Part shown: one piece after another, positions 1-8,059 of the stretch
Layout of the letters: each line of letters begins with the position of its first letter
Numbering within the stretch: the stretch's first letter is position 1
Program-made: the position numbers and the translations under genes
Notes under the pieces: generated by a model
What the model was told of the DNA's origin: nothing
The model's database searches: none
The model's input: the letters and a program-made list of their open reading frames with translations, nothing else
Origin: an uncultured virus (IMG/VR IMGVR_UViG_3300027278_000424)
Lineage: Duplodnaviria > Heunggongvirae > Uroviricota > Caudoviricetes
Direction: 5' to 3' (one strand)
DNA length: 20,000 nucleotides
Virus record (IMG/VR): IMGVR_UViG_3300027278_000424

Positions 1-117
1 CCATTCAATCAGTTCTTTACATGGCAGACTACTTCTATAACAGAGATAGTAGAGCAGAAAGAGGATTACATTAAATTCAAAACACAAAATTCAAACTACG
101 AATTATTTAAGTTATGA
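1..117 (+). CDS. 3' end of hypothetical protein (partial, runs off window)
   Basis: Frame 1 is open from base 1 (PFNQFFTWQTTSITEIVEQKEDYIKFKTQNSNYELFKL*); its TGA overlaps the ATG of the next gene (ATGA 114-117). Confidence 0.7.
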   Translation, partial: PFNQFFTWQTTSITEIVEQKEDYIKFKTQNSNYELFKL

Positions 118-527
118 AAGCATATAAAATGACAAACCGATATGGAGATAAATTTACATTTACTCCTCAAGAAGACGGAACCATATTATGGGAAGGTAAT
201 TTTGAATATTGTAGATTTGGTTGGCCTAATGACTACACAAAAGCCTTCTTTGAATATACAAGAGATACCGGAGGAGGTATTTCATTAGAACAGTTTAGAG
301 AATTAGTTCACGCTTATGATGAGGTAAAAGAATCATATGTATTAGAAGACAATAAATATAGAGAACTTGTTACATCTAATAAAGCTATTATTAATATGGT
401 AGATCCATCTGGCGGACCATACTTAACTTCCGGAATGGCAGTAGAAAGTATATCTAAAGAATTAACTGATATGGAAATAGAGAGATTTGAATCGGTTAAA
501 GAGGGTTGGAAAATATATTTAAGATAG
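114..527 (+). CDS. hypothetical phage protein
   Basis: 137-aa ORF coupled by ATGA to the upstream gene; its TAG stop is the first 3 nt of the promoter repeat. Confidence 0.75.
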   Translation: MKAYKMTNRYGDKFTFTPQEDGTILWEGNFEYCRFGWPNDYTKAFFEYTRDTGGGISLEQFRELVHAYDEVKESYVLEDNKYRELVTSNKAIINMVDPSGGPYLTSGMAVESISKELTDMEIERFESVKEGWKIYLR

Positions 528-563
528 TTGTTTATTTGAATTATTCTTCTTATATTAAGGTAT
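525..563 (+). promoter_or_regulatory. phage promoter-like repeat, copy 1
   Basis: TAGTTG-N20-TATATTAAGGTAT, followed by AAAGGTTATG at 581-590. Confidence 0.75.
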
Positions 564-587
564 AATTAAAAAATGATAATAAAGGTT

Positions 588-1805
588 ATGAAAAAAATTA
601 TTTTAAGTCTAAGCATTCTTTTTATAGTTAGCTGTACAAAAGATTCATTTACAGATACTGAACTTGAAAAAGTAATTGACACAGTACCTATCGCAGATAA
701 CCCATTTAGTGTAACCTATACACCCGATTATACGAAACCTTCTTACTATACCAGATTGCCATTTCCAGAAAATGTAAAAAATGGTACATATAGAGAGTTT
801 AGCAATTGGCACCCTCCTCTAGAAGCTGTAGTTTTAGACTACGATAAAGATGGTTACTTAGACATTATAGACAATCAATCAGACTACGGGGTATTTAGAA
901 GAAACAGTATACTATTTCTAAAAGGTAATTCTTCTGGTAAGTTAGATATTGATAGGGAGAACTCATATAAACATACTGGTCTCATTCATGGGCGGAAAGG
1001 TCTTGTAGGTGATTACAATGGAGATGGATGGCCAGATGTATTTTTTATTGGACATGGATACGATGTAGTAGACGGAAATCCAAGAGATGAATACCCCATA
1101 ATGCTCCTTAATAATCAGGGGAAAGATTTTGAATATAGAGCTTTTGAATCAGTAGTTGGTTTTTTTCATACGGGTGCTAGTGGAGATATAGATAACGATG
1201 GAGATTTAGATATACTAGTAATTGACGGTACTAAAGGAGTTAGTAATTCTTATATCTTTATCAACGACGGAAGTGGTAACTTTGAAAAGAAAACTTTAGA
1301 TCAATATTCGTCTATACCTAATAATCTCTATGATTCATTTTTCCAAAAATGGACTGTGGAACTAAAAGATATAGACAACAACGGGTACTTAGATATTATA
1401 ATAGCTGGTGCACCGGATATGTATGATAGTACACCGCCTACTATAATGTTGAATTCTGCAAATGGATTTACCAGTAAAATTGAACTACCAAGAGAACCTG
1501 TATATAAATTAGTTGTAGATATAGACTTTTATGATTTTGATGGTGACGGGATAGATGAGTTAATACTAAACAGAACACCTTTAAATTATATATCTTATAA
1601 AGTTACTATTCATAGTTTAACTAGTGACGAGTACTTAACCACTACCTACTTCAATAACAGTGAGTATACAGGTCAGACTTCAGATAAATGGATGTATTGG
1701 ATTTCTATCATTGAAAAAGATGGGGAACTATATTTAAAGGGAGACGATATGTATACTCCACATGAATGGATTTTTGAAGATGGAAAGTTTAAAAAAATAA
1801 AATAA
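588..1805 (+). CDS. FG-GAP/VCBS-repeat lipoprotein (probable beta-propeller)
   Basis: Lipoprotein signal MKKIILSLSILFIVSC; repeated DxDxDGxxD motifs (DYDKDGYLD, DYNGDGWPD, DIDNDGDLD, DIDNNGYLD, DFDGDGIDE). Start moved from 573 to 588 because of the AAAGGTTATG motif. Confidence 0.85.
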   Translation: MKKIILSLSILFIVSCTKDSFTDTELEKVIDTVPIADNPFSVTYTPDYTKPSYYTRLPFPENVKNGTYREFSNWHPPLEAVVLDYDKDGYLDIIDNQSDYGVFRRNSILFLKGNSSGKLDIDRENSYKHTGLIHGRKGLVGDYNGDGWPDVFFIGHGYDVVDGNPRDEYPIMLLNNQGKDFEYRAFESVVGFFHTGASGDIDNDGDLDILVIDGTKGVSNSYIFINDGSGNFEKKTLDQYSSIPNNLYDSFFQKWTVELKDIDNNGYLDIIIAGAPDMYDSTPPTIMLNSANGFTSKIELPREPVYKLVVDIDFYDFDGDGIDELILNRTPLNYISYKVTIHSLTSDEYLTTTYFNNSEYTGQTSDKWMYWISIIEKDGELYLKGDDMYTPHEWIFEDGKFKKIK

Positions 1806-2204
1806 ATGATAAAAGGAGTAATTGCCGGAAACTTTGACGTAATGCATCCAGGCTACATAAAGATGTTTAAAGAAGCAGCAGCAAATTGCGACTGTTTAGT
1901 AGTCTTACTTCATACTGACCCTTCTATTGAACGCCCACATAAGCTTAAACCTATTCTATCTATAGAAGAACGTAAAGAGATGTTGTTTGAATTAAAATCA
2001 ATATGTGGCATACTTACGTATACTTATGAAGAACAGCTCTTAGACTTACTAAAAATGGGGGAGTTTGATGTAAGGTTCCTTGGAGATGATTATAAAGGTA
2101 AGCCTTTTACTGGAGACTATCTAAACATTCCTATTTATTATTTGAATAGGGATCACGGGTGGTCTACTACAAAGTTTAAAAAAATGATAGCTAAAACTGT
2201 ATGA
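1806..2204 (+). CDS. cytidylyltransferase-family nucleotidyltransferase (TagD/RfaE-like)
   Basis: GNFDVMHPGY (HxGH-type motif), KPILSIEER, GDDY, and the C-terminal GWSTT motif. Confidence 0.85.
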   Translation: MIKGVIAGNFDVMHPGYIKMFKEAAANCDCLVVLLHTDPSIERPHKLKPILSIEERKEMLFELKSICGILTYTYEEQLLDLLKMGEFDVRFLGDDYKGKPFTGDYLNIPIYYLNRDHGWSTTKFKKMIAKTV

Positions 2205-2325
2205 TAATACAGGAAAAGATTTTAACCCCTCACCTAGCTACAGAAGTTACTTCCGGAAAACGTTTAGTACTCGTATAATGTTCTTAAGACAAGAAAACTT
2301 ACAAATTAAAAGTGGATTAATTTGA
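2201..2325 (+). pseudogene. internally deleted, frameshifted 2OG-Fe(II) oxygenase remnant
   Basis: Reads MIIQEKIL-TPHLATEVTSGKRLVLV*, then after a frame change MFLRQENLQIKSGLI*; matches both ends of the oxygenases at 4756 and 5280. Confidence 0.65.
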
Positions 2326-2390
2326 ATCTTCTTATTAGATTACAAAACATACCTATATTTATATTAAATAAAGCTTTATAACTTATAATC

Positions 2391-4595
2391 ATGAAAGGAA
2401 CCCTTTTTTCAACAGATTTTGTTAAAGACTCTAATGGAAACTTAAGATTGCTTGAAATCAATACAGATACTGCTATTGTTTCTTCTGCAATCAAACAATT
2501 AGACTTTACAGGATTTAAACAAGTATTAGAAAGTAATTCTATTACAAAAGTAAAGACAATCCATAAACTATATCAAGAAGATATCGTAGAAGCATTAAAA
2601 GCATACTTAGATGCAAATGTACCTTCAGTAAACTCTTTTGAAAGTATAGTTGAAGATAGCAACACTATTTATCCTACATCTGTAGAAGATGCAGCAGATA
2701 CCTTTATCTTAAGGTTAGCTTATGATGAAGCTGCATTATTAGATAGTGAATATGCTAAAAACACACACAATATTCTAAAACTATTCAGCGACAATGGGCA
2801 AATTAGTTCAACAGTTGGGTATTATTATGCTGGAGGCGGTAGTATAGAAGACCACCTTACAAGAGATTTTAATGCTGAAAACGTTCCTGATATTTTAGTT
2901 AAAAACTTGAACACTACTTTAGGAGAGCCGATTGAGTTCTTTAAAATAGGTCAATCAAGTAAGACAGCTGAAGATAGATTTGCTGATGTATTCGATATGT
3001 TAGATGATACTAAAATTGCTATGAACTTCTACAACGATGAAGCAGCAGCAAAAGTAGAATCTTTTAGAACATTACACATAGTATACGGAAGCGACCTAAA
3101 CGTTATCGATGTAGCAGGATTTAAATCTTCAGCTATATTAGATAAACCAGCTTCTCTATCAGTAGTAGATGAAGATATAGTAACGAAAGTAGATGTAAAG
3201 CACTACCATGAATTAACTACTACATTACCTAGATTTGGAGTAGGTTCTAACTACGGAGGTATCTTTGAAGAAGAGTTTATTGTAAAAGCAGACGGTACGT
3301 TAGTACCTATTAAAGACGCTACAGTAGGAGATTCCTTTAAATCATACTTTATTTCAGGTTCACCCGATACAGACATTGAATCAGAATATCTAGCATGGAC
3401 TTACCCAGGATCTGAATTACCTAGTGGTTCTTACGCTACAACTTCTACTTTAGTAAACAACTTAGAAGTAGGTTTATTCTATAATATGATCTTCCACGTA
3501 ACTTTACAAGACGGAAGTGATTTTAGAGCAACAGGAAACTCTCACGTATTAGTTTACGATGTACAGGCAGACTTATTAAAGTATGTTGCAGTAAACTATC
3601 TATCATCAGATAAACATAAATTAATATCTGCAGGAAATGGATTAGTAGATATTACAGGAGTTGTTTGTGAGATATTAGATGGGGAGTATTCTTCTCATAT
3701 TCTAGATATGGAAATAGCCGATACATTCTTCATCGGTGATGGACAATTAAGCGTTAAGATTGTTGCCCACAACTGCTTCCCAGCTGGTACTAAAATTACA
3801 ATGGCTGATGGTTCAGTCAAAAACATTGAAGACGTTAAGGCAGGAGATAAACTATTAACTATCAACGAAAATACTTTAGAACAATCAGAAGGTAGAGTTG
3901 GAGATGTATTAGTTAAGAAAGATAGATTGTTATTCGAATTCAAATTAGAAGACGGAGGAGTAATCAAATCTACATCTCATCACAGATATTTCGTAAAAGA
4001 AAAGTCATGGTTAACTGCTCAAGATATTCAAGTAGGAGACGTATTAGTTAGATCAAACGGAGATGATGTCAAAGTAGAATCAATTGAACAGCACGAAGGT
4101 GAGTTTGAAGTATTCCATATTATTGATGTAAAAGATAACCATACTTACTACGCAGAAGATATTTTAGTTCATAACTATAAAGCTTGTTTCATCGCTGGAA
4201 CAGAGATTACTTTAGCGAATGGAGATGTTAAAAATATCGAAGATGTAGCAGTAGGAGAAGAAGTTCTTACTTACAACGAAGATAAAAAAGAAACAGAAGC
4301 AGGAGTAGTAGGAGACTTGAAGAAACATGAAGTTCAATCTGTAATCAGATTAACTCTTGATAATGAGAATGTAATCGTAACAACTGAAGAACATCCTTTC
4401 TATGTAGTAGATGCAGGATGGGTAAAAGCAGGAGAATTACAACCATTAGATGTTTGTTTAAAAGAAGACGGTAAAGAATCTCTAATCTCTTCAGTAGAGG
4501 TATTAGAAGAGAAACATGAAGTATTTAACTTACTAAGCGTTTCTGAAAACCATAACTTCTTCGCTAACGGAATATTAGTTCACAATAAAAAATAA
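2391..4595 (+). CDS. circularly permuted ATP-grasp-like domain fused to three tandem Hint (intein-like) domains
   Basis: N-terminal DFVKDSNGNLRLLEINTDT; Hint1 about aa 290-461 (GIFEEEFIVKADG...VAHN); Hint2 aa 462-595 (CFPAGTKITMADG...TSHH...LVHN); YKA linker; Hint3 aa 599-732 (CFIAGTEITLANG...TEEH...LVHN); then KK. Confidence 0.85.
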   Translation: MKGTLFSTDFVKDSNGNLRLLEINTDTAIVSSAIKQLDFTGFKQVLESNSITKVKTIHKLYQEDIVEALKAYLDANVPSVNSFESIVEDSNTIYPTSVEDAADTFILRLAYDEAALLDSEYAKNTHNILKLFSDNGQISSTVGYYYAGGGSIEDHLTRDFNAENVPDILVKNLNTTLGEPIEFFKIGQSSKTAEDRFADVFDMLDDTKIAMNFYNDEAAAKVESFRTLHIVYGSDLNVIDVAGFKSSAILDKPASLSVVDEDIVTKVDVKHYHELTTTLPRFGVGSNYGGIFEEEFIVKADGTLVPIKDATVGDSFKSYFISGSPDTDIESEYLAWTYPGSELPSGSYATTSTLVNNLEVGLFYNMIFHVTLQDGSDFRATGNSHVLVYDVQADLLKYVAVNYLSSDKHKLISAGNGLVDITGVVCEILDGEYSSHILDMEIADTFFIGDGQLSVKIVAHNCFPAGTKITMADGSVKNIEDVKAGDKLLTINENTLEQSEGRVGDVLVKKDRLLFEFKLEDGGVIKSTSHHRYFVKEKSWLTAQDIQVGDVLVRSNGDDVKVESIEQHEGEFEVFHIIDVKDNHTYYAEDILVHNYKACFIAGTEITLANGDVKNIEDVAVGEEVLTYNEDKKETEAGVVGDLKKHEVQSVIRLTLDNENVIVTTEEHPFYVVDAGWVKAGELQPLDVCLKEDGKESLISSVEVLEEKHEVFNLLSVSENHNFFANGILVHNKK

Positions 4596-4600
4596 GAATC

Positions 4601-4741
4601 ATGCCAGTAGTATATAAATCATTTGATTACCAAACAGAAGCAAGAGACAAAGCAGTAGAAGCAGCAGATGTAACTACAAAACAGCAAATGAATGACATCG
4701 TTGCAAGCTTTGTAAATTTATTTAAAGCTAAACACCTATAG
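4601..4741 (+). CDS. 46-aa small protein, not in ORF track
   Basis: MPVVYKSFDYQTEARDKAVEAADVTTKQQMNDIVASFVNLFKAKHL*; fills the gap between the Hint gene and the first oxygenase; same AATCATG start context as the Hint gene. Confidence 0.75.
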   Translation: MPVVYKSFDYQTEARDKAVEAADVTTKQQMNDIVASFVNLFKAKHL

Positions 4742-4755
4742 TATACAGCTTTAAA

Positions 4756-5283
4756 ATGGTTACTGAAAAAACGTTATTCTCACAACAAGATTGCGAATAC
4801 ATTAAATCATTTTATGATGTAGCAATTGAGAAGAACGAAAAAGGTTTCAAAATAAACTCAGACAAATACCCACAAGGTATAGCAATAAAAGACGGTTCAG
4901 CAGTATCATGGAATGAAATCCAAAACGATACTCTGGACCGTTTCTTGTTAAGTAAGCTTATAGAGTTAGAAATAACTTCACTCCCTTATCTTAAGCTAAT
5001 GAAGTACGGAGTCGGAAATGAAATGAAACCTCATAGAGATTTTCAGGCATATGATACAAGTACAATCTATAGATCAACAACAATACAGCTAACCAGTCCG
5101 GAAGATTATAAAGGAGGAGAGTTATATGTAGAAGGAGTAAAAGCTAGTAATATACAAGGAACTGCAATTATGTTTAACCCCTATCAAACACATTGGGTTA
5201 CAGAGATTACTGAAGGAGAAAGATGGGTTATAGTAGCTTTTTTAGAAGAGTTTCATTTTAATACTAAGAAAAGTTTATTATGA
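4756..5283 (+). CDS. 2OG-Fe(II) oxygenase (prolyl-hydroxylase/PKHD-like)
   Basis: HRD...YKGGEL...THWVTEITEGER: HxD...H triad plus 2OG-binding Arg. Confidence 0.9.
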   Translation: MVTEKTLFSQQDCEYIKSFYDVAIEKNEKGFKINSDKYPQGIAIKDGSAVSWNEIQNDTLDRFLLSKLIELEITSLPYLKLMKYGVGNEMKPHRDFQAYDTSTIYRSTTIQLTSPEDYKGGELYVEGVKASNIQGTAIMFNPYQTHWVTEITEGERWVIVAFLEEFHFNTKKSLL

Positions 5284-5789
5284 TTGATCAAAAAGTATTA
5301 TTTACAGCAGAAGAATGTGAGTGGTTGAAATCCGCACAATCAACTATATACCCACCAGTAGAAGATACTAAATGGTGGGAGTCACATCGTATAAATTATA
5401 GATTTAAAAATATACAAGAAAGAGAAGTATTTGAACAGTCACGTTTAGATTTTGTTGCTAGTAGAGTTAAACAATTAGGAGTGAAATCTGTTCCTACATA
5501 TAAAATTATACATTACGGTAAAGGTGGATTCTTCGCCCCTCACATAGATTCAGGGAGAAACCATCCAATTAGAAGAAAAACATTATTAGTGCAGCTATCC
5601 TCTAAAGAAGATTATTCTGGAGGTGATATGTATGTTAAGGGTGTACTTTTTGAAAAGACAATAGGCAATACAATATTATTTGATTCGTCATTAACTCATG
5701 AACTAAAATTAATAGAAGGAGGAAATAGATTAGTTATGGTCACATGGTTATCTATTTATAACCTTGAGAATCCTAAAACTTTACTATGA
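5280..5789 (+). CDS. 2OG-Fe(II) oxygenase
   Basis: FFAPHID...DYSGGD...THELKLIEGGNR. Confidence 0.9.
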   Translation: MIDQKVLFTAEECEWLKSAQSTIYPPVEDTKWWESHRINYRFKNIQEREVFEQSRLDFVASRVKQLGVKSVPTYKIIHYGKGGFFAPHIDSGRNHPIRRKTLLVQLSSKEDYSGGDMYVKGVLFEKTIGNTILFDSSLTHELKLIEGGNRLVMVTWLSIYNLENPKTLL

Positions 5790-6310
5790 TAACAGTTAAA
5801 CATAACGTACTGTCGGATAGAGAGGTAAACAAGCTACTCACTTTATGGTATGATACAAAACCTAACCATATTATAACAGACGGCTATAAGTATAATATTG
5901 AAGCAGTAGAGATTTTAGACTACATAGATAAATTAAAACTTTCGTATTCTTTTCCAAAAGAACACTATAGGGACTTTATACTACAGACAATAGATGAAAC
6001 ACATAGCAAAGCTCCTAATCATGACAAATATCACCGACATGAAAATGAATGGACATATGTTATGTACTTAAATGATAACTATCAAGGAGGAGAAATAGAG
6101 TTTACTAATGGAACTATCATTAAACCACAAGTAGGAGATGTTATATACTTTTCACCTGAAGAAGGACATAGAGTTAAACCCCCATATGATTTTACCGAAC
6201 AGTATTTTAAACACAACGGTAAGAGTATTCTTATGAATAAAAGATGGTCACTTGTCGGATTCATGAATTCTGACATTATAAACGAGAATAAAAAAACATG
6301 CTTAATTTAA
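5786..6310 (+). CDS. 2OG-Fe(II) oxygenase (divergent metal motif)
   Basis: YHRHE...VMYLNDNYQGGEIEF...GHRV...KRWSLVGF. Confidence 0.85.
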   Translation: MITVKHNVLSDREVNKLLTLWYDTKPNHIITDGYKYNIEAVEILDYIDKLKLSYSFPKEHYRDFILQTIDETHSKAPNHDKYHRHENEWTYVMYLNDNYQGGEIEFTNGTIIKPQVGDVIYFSPEEGHRVKPPYDFTEQYFKHNGKSILMNKRWSLVGFMNSDIINENKKTCLI

Positions 6311-7002
6311 TTTATACCTATTCAATCAAACTTAGCGGTAACAGTATAGAAAAATACGTTAAACTCCTAAATAAAGCATACCTACATAACAGTAAGTACC
6401 ATTCTATAGTACTATATACCGATAGGGAGACATTACCGTATGTAGAAGATATTTTTCCGGAGATAAGATTAGTAGAAATAGACAATCTTCAATTTATGGA
6501 TGATATAAAAATGAAGATTATAGATAAACTTGAAAGCAATAGTATACTTACAGATTACGATATCTTTTTAAACTCACCTTTAATACTTCCAGACAATTTT
6601 GATGTGTATGTAGATAGAAGAGGTAAGGTAAAAGAGTTAGTACTGTACAGCCATTTGTTTGAACATTTAAGACATGAAGGTTATGGTATTTTTACTAAAG
6701 ATGTAAATACCTATTTGAATGTAGGTATATTAAAAATCAACAGTGAACATAAAATAAAAGCTATTAAAGACGCATATTACGCTTTAAGAAATTGGTATGT
6801 GGATAATAAAATAGAAGAAAGAACTCAATTTACATACCATACAGGAGTATGCCCTTCTATAGCAGCTTTACAGTACAATTTAGATAAAATAGCTACTATA
6901 AGTAACTGGAAAGTATGTGAGATGAAAAAATACAACAACTACCATCATTTAGTTGGAGAAGATAAATTTAAAGAAATAAGCACAAAAAATACTGTGATTT
7001 AG
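6298..7002 (+). CDS. GT-A-like (DxD) glycosyltransferase-like protein
   Basis: IVLYTD, TDYDIFL, YLNVGIL motifs typical of GT-A/DUF6734-like proteins; similar layout to 7256..8044. Confidence 0.55.
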   Translation: MLNLIYTYSIKLSGNSIEKYVKLLNKAYLHNSKYHSIVLYTDRETLPYVEDIFPEIRLVEIDNLQFMDDIKMKIIDKLESNSILTDYDIFLNSPLILPDNFDVYVDRRGKVKELVLYSHLFEHLRHEGYGIFTKDVNTYLNVGILKINSEHKIKAIKDAYYALRNWYVDNKIEERTQFTYHTGVCPSIAALQYNLDKIATISNWKVCEMKKYNNYHHLVGEDKFKEISTKNTVI

Positions 7003-7038
7003 TTGTCAAAACAGTATATTTTTCATATATTTAGATAT
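7000..7038 (+). promoter_or_regulatory. promoter-like repeat, copy 2 (divergent)
   Basis: TAGTTG-N20-TATATTTAGATAT. Confidence 0.65.
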
Positions 7039-7062
7039 ATTAATCTATTAAAGACAAATGTT

Positions 7063-7251
7063 ATGAACAAATTATTTTTTGTACCTTCAACCAAAATTAA
7101 CGCAAGAATTGCCGACACTGTTGTTACAGGACAGCATATTACAGTAGAAGGGTTAACTTACCAAATGGTATCAAAAAGACCACTTGGAAGAAGAGTACTA
7201 AGACGTCTAATTAACGAATCTACAAATACAAAAATTGTAATCTATTCATAA
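7063..7251 (+). CDS. hypothetical 62-aa protein
   Basis: Start moved from 7003 to the GTTATG at 7063, downstream of the promoter repeat. Confidence 0.65.
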   Translation: MNKLFFVPSTKINARIADTVVTGQHITVEGLTYQMVSKRPLGRRVLRRLINESTNTKIVIYS

Positions 7252-7255
7252 CCAA

Positions 7256-8044
7256 ATGAAAGCAATATATAGCTACAAAATATTCTCAGACCAACGTAAA
7301 CCTTTAGATAAAACGTTTTGGAAACTAGCTGCATATAGTGTTAAGTCTGCTTCTAAGTATTATAGAACAGTTCTGTACTCCGATGAAGAAAGTGGAAAGC
7401 TATTTGATAGACACGGAATTTATTTTGATGAGTATCATATTCTTCCTGAAATAGAAAATTATAAAGGAAGGGTTTATAGTGTACCAAAAATATATGCAAT
7501 GATTGCTGAGAAAGAGCCATATATTCATTTAGACTTTGACTCTGTAATACTGGAAGAGATTATATCTACACACACTATTACATACGCATATACAGAAGTT
7601 GATTTAATAAATCTAGCAGGGTATGCTAGAATAGATTACGTATTTGGAGGATATGTAAGACCTTATCGAGACTTGTTGGTTGATATATTTAAGGATGATA
7701 TAATATATCCTGATTTTAATATAGTACCTAACCATTCTTTTCTGATGGTAAAAAATCCAACTATTGTTAGAGAGATTTACAAAAGAATACTCAGTAAAAT
7801 ACCAGCGGACATATTAGAAGAAGTAAGCCCTACATTATTAGAGCAATGTCTACTTTACCTATACTTAAAAGAAAATCAAACAGATATAGGATACTTAAGT
7901 TGGTATTCAGCAGAGAAGTTTTTAGAACGTGAGTTCGGTTCTTATAAATTTATACATTTACCATTTTACAACGAACCGGAAAAGAAAGAAGAAGTAGAGT
8001 TTGTTCTTAAAAAACTTGAAGAACAATTCGGCCCAATCGAATAA
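7256..8044 (+). CDS. GT-A-like (DxD) glycosyltransferase-like protein, DUF6734-like
   Basis: VLYSD, PKIYAM..EPYIHLDFD, PNHSFL, LLEQ motifs. Confidence 0.6.
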   Translation: MKAIYSYKIFSDQRKPLDKTFWKLAAYSVKSASKYYRTVLYSDEESGKLFDRHGIYFDEYHILPEIENYKGRVYSVPKIYAMIAEKEPYIHLDFDSVILEEIISTHTITYAYTEVDLINLAGYARIDYVFGGYVRPYRDLLVDIFKDDIIYPDFNIVPNHSFLMVKNPTIVREIYKRILSKIPADILEEVSPTLLEQCLLYLYLKENQTDIGYLSWYSAEKFLEREFGSYKFIHLPFYNEPEKKEEVEFVLKKLEEQFGPIE

Positions 8045-8059
8045 CAGTTATACCTTATT

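Noticed and set aside
3774..4586. Canonical mobile inteins interrupting a conserved host protein
   Set aside because: No homing endonuclease, +1 residues are Tyr and Lys, and there is essentially no C-extein.
3774..4586. Hint2/Hint3 as an assembly duplication
   Set aside because: The two copies differ at many amino-acid positions while keeping frame and catalytic residues.
4756..8044. DNA hypermodification locus (TET/JBP oxygenase plus glycosyltransferase)
   Set aside because: The oxygenases look prolyl-hydroxylase/PKHD-like rather than TET/JBP-like, no methyltransferase is adjacent, and thyA has the ordinary dUMP-type PFN motif. Disfavoured, but not excluded without profile searches.
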